Assembly: GCA_050248855.1 (NCBI GenBank) | Contig: JBFWRP010000011.1 | Coordinates: 77,259 to 141,258 of the forward strand | Direction of reading: 5' to 3' | Origin: Planctomycetota bacterium | Lineage (GTDB): Bacteria > Planctomycetota > PLA2 > JAEUHO01 | Length of the DNA stretch: 64,000 nt | Program-made: the position numbers and the translations under genes | The notes under the pieces: generated by a model | The model's input: the letters and a program-made list of their open reading frames with translations, nothing else | Databases searched by the model: none | What the model was told of the DNA's origin: nothing | Shown: positions 46,238 through 54,860 of the stretch, one piece after another | How positions within the stretch are numbered: the first letter of the stretch is position 1 | Layout of the letters: the number at the start of each line of letters is the position of its first letter

Positions 46238-48331
46238 TCAGCGAGGAGGTGGGAACCCACCCGGTGAGTCCGGCGCGGGACTGCCGGCGCCATCGGGCGG
46301 CGGGAAGCCAGCACCGTCACCGCCGGGGGGCGGGAAGCCGCCACCGTCACCGCCGGGGGGCGGGAAGCCGCCACCGTCGCTGCCGCCGGGGGGCGGGAAG
46401 CCGCCGCCGTCGCTGCCGCCCGGGGGCGGGAAGCCGCCGCCGTCGCCGCCGCCTGGGGGCGGGAAGCCACCACCGTCGCCACCAGGCGGCGGGAACCCAC
46501 CGTCCCCGCCCGGGGGCGGGAAGCCATCCCCCTGGCCGGGCGGCCTCGCGCCACCGGGCACCGCACCGGGATGCGGGTCGGGCATGAGACTGGCGCACCC
46601 CGGATGCATGACGCGGCCTGCGGGGCCCGCTCCCGGGACGGCCTCGTCGCCGCCCTGCGGGCAGAGCAGCTCGGAGGGCGGGCGGTCGGGCAGCGTGCTC
46701 GCTTGGCCGGCGAACTCGGGGCAGCCTGCGTCGATCCACGCCGCGAGACGATCGATGTCGGCATCGGACATCGGGGGGACGCCCACGGGCATGCGGCGGA
46801 CGGGCATGTCCACCTGCTGCGAGCCGACACAGGCGATCAAGTCGTCACCACGCATCGCGCGCACCAAGTTGCTCTCGGCGCTGTGCCACGGCACCAGCAG
46901 GCGGATGCTACGCATGCCGGCCTCGGTCTCGTGGTCGAACACGAAGTCGATGAACGTCGTGTAGTCCTTCTGCCAGAAGTTGCCATGCGGCGCGGTCTTG
47001 CCGGACTTGCCGAGGCCCTCGAGCAGCGCCTGCACCTCGGCGTACCCCAGGTCGCTGGAGGGCGCGGGCCCGGGGCCGGGCCCCGGCGCATCCGGCGCGT
47101 CCTCGGCGGGAGCAGGTGAGTCCGACGGCAGGATGTCGCCCGTCACCGGGTCCACGGGACAGCCGATCTCGAAGGGGATGTCGGCAAAGTCCATCACGAG
47201 GCCCCAGAGCCCGCGGCGCTTCTGGTAGACGCGGATGAAGCGCCCCTTGTCGCTCACGAGCTCGCCGTCGTCGGTGCGGGACTCCTGGTAGATGCGCCCC
47301 ATGGCGATGACGTAGCTGCCTTCTTGCTGGACGGTCTCGGGCTCGAAGTCGTAGCGGACCTCGCGCAGCTGGAAGTCGGTCACCGCGCCGTTGCAGAGAT
47401 TGCGGAAGTAGCGCGACCAGCGCTCGGTGACGGCCTCGCGGCCGACCGTGCCCCCCTTGTCGTCGCCGCTACGGAACAGCGTGGGGCGGATGCCGTCGGG
47501 CCAGCCCCACGCCGCCATCTGCACCGGGTCCTTGGTGCGCATGGCTTCGGCCAGGTGGCACTCGAGGACCTCGATGTCCTTCGGGGGGTGGCGGAACCGC
47601 ATGCGGATCATCGAGGCGTCGTGTCCCCACGCCGTCCGCACGTGGTTGACGACGTCCACGATCTCGTCGTTGGACAGGAGCGGCCCCCAGGCCGGCATCT
47701 GCGTGCTGGGCACCCCCGTGATGACGCGGGACAGCAGACGGAACGGGTTCTCGGCAACCGCCAGGTTCTTCGTGTTGCGCAGCTCGGCCACGCGCAGCGT
47801 CTGCGGATCGTCCGCATCCCGCTGGCCTCGGCCGTCTTCGCCGTGGCAGCGGGCGCACGTGTCGACATAGATCCGCTCGCCCCCGCCCGCGGTGGCCTGG
47901 GAGCCGACCGCGGCCGCCGCGCGCGAGGCGAGGCGCGGGTTGATCACGTAGAACAGCGTCCACGCGCCCACGGCGAGCAGGAGCACCCAAGCCCAGGTCG
48001 GGATGGGCTGGGGTGTCTCGGCCTGCCGTGGCTCGAAGTCCACCTCGGTGTTGCCGGCGTAGGCGTTGATGATCAGCTCGACCTGGCCACCGATCGTCTG
48101 GTGGGGCTCGAGGCCGGAGACCGTGACCGCCACGCCGTTGCGGACCTGGAACGGGATCTTCCGCACCGTCGGCGGCGCGAGGCCGTTGCTGGCCTCGACT
48201 CGAAGCGTGTGCTCGCCGTCGGCGAGGTGGATCGTGCTGAAGTAGAAGCGCAAGGGCGGCTCGGCAACCTGGAACGGCTCGTCCTGGTCGTCGAGGTAGA
48301 TCTTGATGGGTTCCTTGGCGGACTCGCTCAT
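46238..48331 (-). CDS. Multidomain membrane-anchored cytochrome c (beta-rich domain - TM - cyt c - NTF2-like - cytochrome-like domain without CxxCH - GGFPPPGGD repeats)
   Basis: One TM (WAWVLLLAVGAWTLFYVI), CARCH...MPAW class I heme c domain, SnoaL/NTF2-like segment ending GRFIRVYQKRRGLWGLVMD, RMP...WIDAGCP segment, Gly/Pro repeat tail. ATG overlaps the upstream stop. Confidence 0.85.
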   Translation of the reverse strand: MSESAKEPIKIYLDDQDEPFQVAEPPLRFYFSTIHLADGEHTLRVEASNGLAPPTVRKIPFQVRNGVAVTVSGLEPHQTIGGQVELIINAYAGNTEVDFEPRQAETPQPIPTWAWVLLLAVGAWTLFYVINPRLASRAAAAVGSQATAGGGERIYVDTCARCHGEDGRGQRDADDPQTLRVAELRNTKNLAVAENPFRLLSRVITGVPSTQMPAWGPLLSNDEIVDVVNHVRTAWGHDASMIRMRFRHPPKDIEVLECHLAEAMRTKDPVQMAAWGWPDGIRPTLFRSGDDKGGTVGREAVTERWSRYFRNLCNGAVTDFQLREVRYDFEPETVQQEGSYVIAMGRIYQESRTDDGELVSDKGRFIRVYQKRRGLWGLVMDFADIPFEIGCPVDPVTGDILPSDSPAPAEDAPDAPGPGPGPAPSSDLGYAEVQALLEGLGKSGKTAPHGNFWQKDYTTFIDFVFDHETEAGMRSIRLLVPWHSAESNLVRAMRGDDLIACVGSQQVDMPVRRMPVGVPPMSDADIDRLAAWIDAGCPEFAGQASTLPDRPPSELLCPQGGDEAVPGAGPAGRVMHPGCASLMPDPHPGAVPGGARPPGQGDGFPPPGGDGGFPPPGGDGGGFPPPGGGDGGGFPPPGGSDGGGFPPPGGSDGGGFPPPGGDGGGFPPPGGDGAGFPPPDGAGSPAPDSPGGFPPPR

Positions 48332-48558
48332 GGCCTCCGCTCCTGGCTACCGACGGCCACGTGGATCTGCTGCGGCTCGGCGAGGATGGACCGCTTGATG
48401 TGGTCGGGTTCCTCCTCGCCGGGATGGATCGAGTACCGGACCGCGCGGACGATCGTCCACGCGACGAACAGGGCGCTCACGCCGATCGTGACCCAGGTCA
48501 GGGGCTCGATCGGGCCCTGGATGTGCGCGAGCGTGCTGCGGGCAAGGTCGGCGCTCAT
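48328..48558 (-). CDS. Small single-TM protein in the oxidase operon (CcoQ-like position)
   Basis: 76 aa MSADLARSTLAHIQGPIEPLTWVTIGVSALFVAWTIVRAVRYSIHPGEEEPDHIKRSIL...; ATGA overlaps at both ends. Confidence 0.7.
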   Translation of the reverse strand: MSADLARSTLAHIQGPIEPLTWVTIGVSALFVAWTIVRAVRYSIHPGEEEPDHIKRSILAEPQQIHVAVGSQERRP

Positions 48559-49184
48559 CGCTTGACCCCCTGCATCGAGAGCAGGTACTCGACCAACGCG
48601 ACGGCCTGCGGCGTGGCGTACAGCTTGGGGCCCGCCGTGAGGCCGTCGATGCGCTCGACCTCCTCGTACTCCGCGGCCTCCTTGGGGTCGGAGGGCAGCT
48701 TGTCCGTGTACAGGAACCGGTAGGCGGGCATCACGCTGTCGGGCGACACCGCGCGCGGGTCGTGCAAGTGCCAGTGGTGCCATGCCGTTCCCGGCAAGCG
48801 GGAGCCGACGCCCGTCAGGTCCGGGCCCGTGCGCTGGGTCCCCATCATGGCGGGATCCTCGTGGTCGTAGTGCGCGGCGCCGGTGGCTTCGCTGCCGAAC
48901 CGCCGGTCGGCGGCGAGCACGGGCACGATGCGTCGGCCGTCGATCTCGAGGGCCAAGTGCTCGTCGCCACGGATCTGTTGGGTGTGACACGCGGCGCAGT
49001 TGAGCGAGCGGTAGACCTTGCGCCCCTTCTCGACGCCGGGGTGCGGCGCGGCCCGAGGCGCCTGGGCCTCGCGCTGCAGCTCGATCTCGGCCGGGACGAC
49101 GGCGCAAAGGATGACGAGGAGCAGGTAGATGCCCGCCGGAAGCAGGAGGATGATCCGGTGGCTCTGGTGGATGTTGAACGCCAT
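48555..49184 (-). CDS. ccoO: cbb3-type cytochrome c oxidase subunit II (monoheme)
   Basis: GRKVY...CAACHTQQIR, GTQRTGPDL, WHHWHLHDPRAVSPDSVMPAY. Confidence 0.92.
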   Translation of the reverse strand: MAFNIHQSHRIILLLPAGIYLLLVILCAVVPAEIELQREAQAPRAAPHPGVEKGRKVYRSLNCAACHTQQIRGDEHLALEIDGRRIVPVLAADRRFGSEATGAAHYDHEDPAMMGTQRTGPDLTGVGSRLPGTAWHHWHLHDPRAVSPDSVMPAYRFLYTDKLPSDPKEAAEYEEVERIDGLTAGPKLYATPQAVALVEYLLSMQGVKR

Positions 49185-49187
49185 GGT

Positions 49188-50756
49188 TCAAGCCCCCCCT
49201 TGGCCGAGGCCCGATGCGCCCTGGTGGCCGAACGCCATGGAGAACGCCCCGGGACGCATGCGCCAGAGCGCCACCGCGAAGCAGATGTGGCTGGCCAGCA
49301 TGAGCACGCCACCCACGGCGCGCCAGACGTAGTAGGGCGACATCAGCCGCACGCTGGTCATGAACGGCTCGCCTTCGACCCACGCGCCGCCTTGGGGCTC
49401 GCCGCCGATGCACATCGACAGGACGTAGATGAGGATGCCCGCCAGGGCCAACCAGAAGTGCACGCCGACCAAGGCCACCGGGGGCTCGCGACCGGTCAGG
49501 CGAGGCAGCAGCCCGTAGATCGCACCCCACGCCAAGAAGGTGACGAACGCGTACATCGCGAAGTGCGCGTGGCCGACCGTGTAGTTGGTCAGGTGCAGGT
49601 GCTCCTGGACCCACGGCAGCGCCTGGGCGCTGCCCTGCAGCGAGGCCACGCCGTAGGCCAGCACACCCACCACGATGAAGGGAAGCGAGTAGCTGTGCGC
49701 AATGGCCAGGCGCTCGCCCTTCATGGTGAGCAGGAAGTTGCCCGTGCTGGCCCAGACCGGAACGATCATGGCCACGCTGAACACCACGCTGGTGGTCTCC
49801 AGCCACTGGGGGATGGCCGTGTGCACGTAGTGGTGCGTGCCGATCACCGTGTAGAACACGATGTGCGTGAAGAAGCCGAGCACGCCGAGCGCGTAGCTGT
49901 AGATCGGCTTGTTCAGCAGCTTGGGCAGCACGTAGTACGTGAGGCCGACCGCCAGCGGCGTGAAGAACATCCCCACCGCGTTGTGGATGTAGTAGCCGTC
50001 GATCACGCGGTCGGCGACGCCGCTGGTCCAACGCGGTTGGTAGCCCATGACGACGACCACGGCGACCCAGACCAGCGCCGACAGGATGAACCAGCCCGAG
50101 ATGTACACGCCCTTCACCTGCCGGCGTGCCAAGAGCCGATACACGAGCACGGCCAGCAGGAGGACCGCCAGGGCGATGGGCACCATGGCCGGCCACACGA
50201 ACATGCGGTACTCGCGACCGGCGTTGATGTGCCCGGAGAGCAGCAGGAGCACACCACCGGCAACGCCCGCGTTCCACAGCGCCAACGCCAGGTTGCCGAC
50301 ACCCAGCTCCCAGCGCTGTAGCGGCTGGTGCATGGGCAGCCACGCCGACTTGGCGACGACGTAGAGGCCCATGCCGACCAGGGCCAGCCCCGCCCAGCCG
50401 AACAGGACGATCATGGTGTGGGCAGGGCGGACGCGCCCGTAGGTCATCGCGCTCGTGTCGGTCAGCAGCTCCGGGTCCACCAGCTTGAAGGCGACGAGCA
50501 GGCCGAAGCCGCTGCCGAGCAGGAGCCAGAAGCAGGCGCTCATCAGGTAGCGTGAAACCAGCTTGGCAAAGCGCGGGTCGTTGCCGGCGGCGGCCACGAA
50601 GATCGGGATCCCGACGGGGATCTTCGTGTTGGCTCCGCCGCCCAGGCGCCAGCCCAGCCAGCAGGCGAACGCGAGCACGCCGATGAGCACGGTGGCCCCC
50701 GGAGCGAGCCCGAAGAGCGCAAGCGGGCCAGGCGCGGTGACGATGGAGGCGATCAC
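49188..50756 (-). CDS. ccoN: Divergent cbb3-type (C-family) heme-copper oxidase subunit I
   Basis: YGRVRPAHT, GREY, YYIHNAVG, PIYSYAL, FYTVIGTHH, HLTNYTVGHAH: all six His ligands plus the helix VII Tyr. Start (GTG 50756) is uncertain. Confidence 0.92.
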   Translation of the reverse strand: MIASIVTAPGPLALFGLAPGATVLIGVLAFACWLGWRLGGGANTKIPVGIPIFVAAAGNDPRFAKLVSRYLMSACFWLLLGSGFGLLVAFKLVDPELLTDTSAMTYGRVRPAHTMIVLFGWAGLALVGMGLYVVAKSAWLPMHQPLQRWELGVGNLALALWNAGVAGGVLLLLSGHINAGREYRMFVWPAMVPIALAVLLLAVLVYRLLARRQVKGVYISGWFILSALVWVAVVVVMGYQPRWTSGVADRVIDGYYIHNAVGMFFTPLAVGLTYYVLPKLLNKPIYSYALGVLGFFTHIVFYTVIGTHHYVHTAIPQWLETTSVVFSVAMIVPVWASTGNFLLTMKGERLAIAHSYSLPFIVVGVLAYGVASLQGSAQALPWVQEHLHLTNYTVGHAHFAMYAFVTFLAWGAIYGLLPRLTGREPPVALVGVHFWLALAGILIYVLSMCIGGEPQGGAWVEGEPFMTSVRLMSPYYVWRAVGGVLMLASHICFAVALWRMRPGAFSMAFGHQGASGLGQGGA

Positions 50757-50954
50757 GGCCGGGGCTACTCCTGGTCGGCACCGGGGTGAGCGCGAGCCCC
50801 TCCGGAGCGCTGGTCCCGGGTGCCCCGCACGCGCCCCCCCGGTCGCGCCGCGGCCCCCGAACGGGCGAGGGTAGCGCGGCGGCATGCCTGCGCCATGCCT
50901 TGTCTAGCGGGCCCTCGTAGGCGGCGGGTCGCGCGCGGCAGGCCCCGGGCCGCG

Positions 50955-51770
50955 TCAGGATCCGGGGCGGGGTGCCTCGCCATCGCCCGGCCTGGGGCGC
51001 TTGGCCTCCTTGTCGGCCTGGCGTTTGGCCTTGATGGCCTCCGTCGCCTCGGCGGCCTCCTCGCACGAAGCCGGGTCGGCGAACAGGCAGCCGTACGCCG
51101 GCTCGGCCGGGGGAACGGGCAGCGTCCCCTGGCCGGACACCAGCACCTCCAGCGCCTCGGCGAGGTACTGGTGCTTCACCTCTTCGTCGTAGTACGAGTC
51201 GTCCACCGGGCCGCGCCACCGCAGACGCCCCTCGTGGTCGATGATCGCCACCTGCACGGCGCGATCCAGCCCGAGCCGCTGCGTCACCTCCTGCCGCGGA
51301 TCACGCAGCACCGGGTAGAACGCGCCGATCTTGGCCATCACCTTGACGATGATCTTCGGCGGATCGTCGGGCTCGCCGTCCAGGGCAAGCCAGCCGACGC
51401 CGTTCGTGCGCTCGTTGAAGCGCGCGTAGAGGGCCTTCATGCGGGGCTCGATCTCCTCGACGCACGGGCACTTCAGGCTCCACGTGTAGATCACCGTGAA
51501 GCGCTCGCCGAAGTAGCGATCGATCCGGTAGCGATTCCCCTCGTCGTCCAGCCCGAGCAGCTCGGCGCGCCCGTCGAGCCGCTCCCCCAGGGCCAGCGGC
51601 TCGACGCGGTCGATGCCGAGCGGGTCGGCGCCCAGCTGACGGGCCACGGCATAGGCGCACAGCGCCAAGACCGCCGCGGCGATCCACAGATCCGGTCGGG
51701 TCAGCCAGCGCGTCGGGCCGGCGGGCACGGCCTCGGGCGAGGGTCCACGGACTCCCACGACGTTGCTCAT
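50955..51770 (-). CDS. Membrane-anchored thioredoxin-like (AhpC/TSA, redoxin) protein
   Basis: N-terminal TM, WSLKCPCV, YPVLRD, LRWRGPVDD, YLAEALE, AYGC; same strand as and upstream of the oxidase operon. Confidence 0.8.
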   Translation of the reverse strand: MSNVVGVRGPSPEAVPAGPTRWLTRPDLWIAAAVLALCAYAVARQLGADPLGIDRVEPLALGERLDGRAELLGLDDEGNRYRIDRYFGERFTVIYTWSLKCPCVEEIEPRMKALYARFNERTNGVGWLALDGEPDDPPKIIVKVMAKIGAFYPVLRDPRQEVTQRLGLDRAVQVAIIDHEGRLRWRGPVDDSYYDEEVKHQYLAEALEVLVSGQGTLPVPPAEPAYGCLFADPASCEEAAEATEAIKAKRQADKEAKRPRPGDGEAPRPGS

Positions 51771-51826
51771 GGCTCCAGCCTACAGAACGGGCCGGCCCCG
51801 TCGCCGCGGGACCGATCGGCGCCCCG

Positions 51827-53272
51827 ATGGGTACGATCCGCCGCGTGCCGGGCCCCGTCCTCCCCGCCGAGCTCGATGCCTTGCGGGCGCTCGAGGCGTG
51901 GCCCGCGGAGCTGGACGCGGCTGTCGCGGCCGCGGAGGGGTGGTCCGACGCCGAGGACGTGCGTGCGGCCTGTCGGCGCAACCGCATACGCGATCTGCTC
52001 GGCGGCGACGAGCGTGCGCAGCGCGCCCTCGCGCGCGCGCTCGAGACCGTGCCGACGGAGAGGCCCACGCGGGCCCTGGCCGCGGCGCGGCGGGTGGCCT
52101 CGCGTGTGCTCGACCACCTGCAGCAGGAGCCCCACGCCGTGCGCCTCGCCCTGACCGGCGCGCTCCGACGCATGGCACCGCGCGTGGCATCGATCGACCT
52201 GCTCGCCACGTCCGACGATGCGGTCGCCCTGCGTAGCGCGCTGGCCGCGGCCCGCTTCGTGCGCACGAGCGTGCAACAAGGCGACACGCTGCACGCACGC
52301 TTGGTGGACGGCGCGGCGGTGACGTTGCGCGTCCTTCCCGAGGACGCCACGGCCTTCGTGCTGGCCCACATGGAGGGCACGGGGCCTGCGGAGCTCGTCG
52401 CGCAGCTTCACGATCGCGCCCACGCACGTGGGGTGCGCTGGGACGAGCTCCTGCTGGAGACCGAAGCGGACTTCTTCGCGGCCCTGGACATGGCCCCCGT
52501 CCCGCCGGAGCGCCGCGAGGCGGTTGCCCGCGGGGAGCCCGTGGGGCTGCCCGTGGAGGCCGCGGACGTGCGTGGTCTCGCGGCCCTCCACTCGGCGTAC
52601 GGCGCTGGCCGCTTCCCGCTGGCGACGTGGGCCGACACCGCCACGGCACAGGGCTTCGCCTGGCTGTTGGTCGCCGACCGCGCGGTCGGCCCGGGCCCGC
52701 ATGTCGACGTCGAGGCGCTCGCGAGGCTCCGCACCGAGGTCGCGTCGTGGCGTCGGCTGCGTTCCGAGGACGACGACCTGGAGGGCGCGCGCGTGCCCGC
52801 CGAGGTGCTGCTGGGGGTTCGCGTCGCGCTGGACGCGGCCCCCGCGTGGCCGGCGGCCGACCTCGTGATCGGCGTGCCGGACGCCGCGGGGTGGCCCGAG
52901 ACCGCACGGGGCGCGCTGGCCAGCGGAGCGGTCGACGTGCTGGCGGCTCCGCCGCGTACGAGCCCGCGGTGCGAGGACCTCGAGGCGTGGCGCGGCCTCG
53001 TGGAGGCCGCGCGCGGAGCGCACGCGGCGCTTGCGCTCGGTGGCGAGGCAAGCTCCGCCACACCTCCTCCGGGGCTGGGTGCCCTGTTGATCGAGGCCGG
53101 CGTGCCCGTCTTGCTGGACGCCGACGAGACGCTGCCGGGTGAGCTCGACCAGCTGCTCGCGGCGCTGGCCCAGGCGCGCCGAGAGGCTGTCCCCGCCCCG
53201 TTGGTGATGAACGCCTGGAGCGCTGCACGCGTGCGCTCGTGGGCGTCGGCGCGGCGGGAGCGCAGGTCATGA
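51827..53272 (+). CDS. Degenerate family X DNA polymerase / PHP-domain protein (catalytic residues lost)
   Basis: [53 protein letters not shown]...VMNAW follow the PolX-PHP layout; ORF intact. Confidence 0.8.
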   Translation: MGTIRRVPGPVLPAELDALRALEAWPAELDAAVAAAEGWSDAEDVRAACRRNRIRDLLGGDERAQRALARALETVPTERPTRALAAARRVASRVLDHLQQEPHAVRLALTGALRRMAPRVASIDLLATSDDAVALRSALAAARFVRTSVQQGDTLHARLVDGAAVTLRVLPEDATAFVLAHMEGTGPAELVAQLHDRAHARGVRWDELLLETEADFFAALDMAPVPPERREAVARGEPVGLPVEAADVRGLAALHSAYGAGRFPLATWADTATAQGFAWLLVADRAVGPGPHVDVEALARLRTEVASWRRLRSEDDDLEGARVPAEVLLGVRVALDAAPAWPAADLVIGVPDAAGWPETARGALASGAVDVLAAPPRTSPRCEDLEAWRGLVEAARGAHAALALGGEASSATPPPGLGALLIEAGVPVLLDADETLPGELDQLLAALAQARREAVPAPLVMNAWSAARVRSWASARRERRS

Positions 53273-53976
53273 GTGCCAGGAAGCCGGCTCGCCGCAGGCG
53301 TCCCACGGCGGCGGCCAAGGCGCGGGCGGCCGAAGTGCTCGCGCGGCTGGGAGAGCGCTATCCCGATGCCGACTGCGCGTTGGACCACGCCAACGCGTTC
53401 CAGCTGCTCGCCGCCACGATCCTGAGCGCCCAGTGCACGGACGCGCGCGTGAACCAGGTCACGCCCGAGCTCTTCGCGCGCTGGCCGACGCCCGCCGCCC
53501 TGGCCCGGGCGTCCCAGGACGACGTGGAGCAGGTCATCCGCAGCACGGGGTTCTTCCGCAACAAGGCGAAGAACCTGATCGCCATGGCCGTCCGCCTCGA
53601 GCAGGCCTACGGCGGCAAGGTGCCGCGCGCCATGGACCACCTCTTGACGCTGCCGGGCGTGGCGCGCAAGACCGCGAACGTCGTGCGCGGCGTCGTCTTC
53701 GGCCTCGCGGACGGCGTGGTGGTGGACACGCACGTCAAACGCATCGCCGGGCTGCTCGGCTGGACGAAGGCCACGGACCCGGTGCGCATCGAGGCCGACT
53801 TGATGGCCCTGTTGCCCCCGGAGTCCTGGATCGAGGCGAGCCACCGGCTGATCCTGCTGGGCCGCGAGATCTGCATCGCGCGCCGCCCGCGGTGCGGCGA
53901 ATGCCCACTGGCCGACCTGTGCCCGAGCGCTTCGGCCGGCCAGCCGGCGCGCGCCGGGGCCCGCCGGCCCCGGTAG
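53269..53976 (+). CDS. nth: Endonuclease III
   Basis: [43 protein letters not shown], 4Fe-4S motif [17 protein letters not shown]. Confidence 0.97.
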   Translation: MSARKPARRRRPTAAAKARAAEVLARLGERYPDADCALDHANAFQLLAATILSAQCTDARVNQVTPELFARWPTPAALARASQDDVEQVIRSTGFFRNKAKNLIAMAVRLEQAYGGKVPRAMDHLLTLPGVARKTANVVRGVVFGLADGVVVDTHVKRIAGLLGWTKATDPVRIEADLMALLPPESWIEASHRLILLGREICIARRPRCGECPLADLCPSASAGQPARAGARRPR

Positions 53977-54004
53977 ACTCGCCCGACGTCCGCGAGGAGA
54001 CCCG

Positions 54005-54700
54005 ATGTACCAGCTCGAGACCCGCCAACAGACCACGCTGGCCGCCCAGCGGGGCGTGTTCCTGCAGCGCACCTACTCCGCCCTGCTCGGAGCCGTCCTC
54101 GGCCTCTGCTTGACGCTCACCCTCTTCTTCCAGCTCGGCTGGGCGGAGCCCATGGCACGAGCCATGGTGGGTGGCAAGGGCACGTGGCTCCTCGTGCTGG
54201 GAGCCTTCATGCTCGTGGGCTGGTTCGGCTCGCGCGTCGCGATGAACGCGAAGTCGCTGGCCGCCCAGTACACGGCGCTGTTCGCCTACGTCCTGGCCGA
54301 GGCGCTGATCCTCACGCCCATCCTCTACGTCGCGCACACGTTCTACCCGGGTGTCATCACCCAGGCGGCGGTGCTGACGATCGCTGGCTTCACCGGCCTC
54401 ACGGCCATCGTCTTCCTGACCAAGAAGGACTTCTCCTTCCTCGGCGGCATCGTCCGCTACGGGTTCATGGTGGCCCTGCTGCTGATCGTGGCCTCGCTCC
54501 TGTTCGGCGGCTTCACGCTGGGGCTGTGGTTCAGCGGCGCGATGATCCTGCTCGCGGGCGCCTCCATCCTCTGGTCCACGTCGGAGATCCTTCGCGAGTT
54601 CCCCGATGACCGTTACGTGGGTGCCGCGCTCTCGCTGTTCGCCAGCGTGGCGGTGCTCTTCTTCTACGTCCTGCGCCTCCTGATGTCGCTCCGCGAGTAG
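54005..54700 (+). CDS. Bax inhibitor-1 / YccA family membrane protein
   Basis: FLQRTY, about seven TM segments, TKKDFSFLG, YVGAALSLFASV. Confidence 0.9.
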   Translation: MYQLETRQQTTLAAQRGVFLQRTYSALLGAVLGLCLTLTLFFQLGWAEPMARAMVGGKGTWLLVLGAFMLVGWFGSRVAMNAKSLAAQYTALFAYVLAEALILTPILYVAHTFYPGVITQAAVLTIAGFTGLTAIVFLTKKDFSFLGGIVRYGFMVALLLIVASLLFGGFTLGLWFSGAMILLAGASILWSTSEILREFPDDRYVGAALSLFASVAVLFFYVLRLLMSLRE

Positions 54701-54745
54701 CGCGGCTCGCGGTCGGCAGTCGGTACCGTGCGGTGCGGTACGGGG

Positions 54746-54841
54746 TACGGAGTCGGGTGAGATTCCTACTTCGGGCCGCGACGAGCTTGCCCATGCGGAG
54801 GCACTTGGGAGCCCGAAGTTGGAATCTCACCCGACTCCGTA
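54746..54841. repeat. 31-bp inverted repeat with a 34-nt loop, TA at both ends (MITE/REP-like)
   Basis: TACGGAGTCGGGTGAGATTCCTACTTCGGGC ... GCCCGAAGTTGGAATCTCACCCGACTCCGTA, one mismatch; between convergent genes. Confidence 0.85.
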
Positions 54842-54860
54842 TGGGACGCCTCCGTAGACG

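Noticed and set aside
49188..50756. Nitric oxide reductase assignment for subunit I
   Set aside because: It keeps the C-family helix VII Tyr six residues before the HH pair and lacks the NorB HLWVEG Glu motif, so an O2 reductase is more likely.
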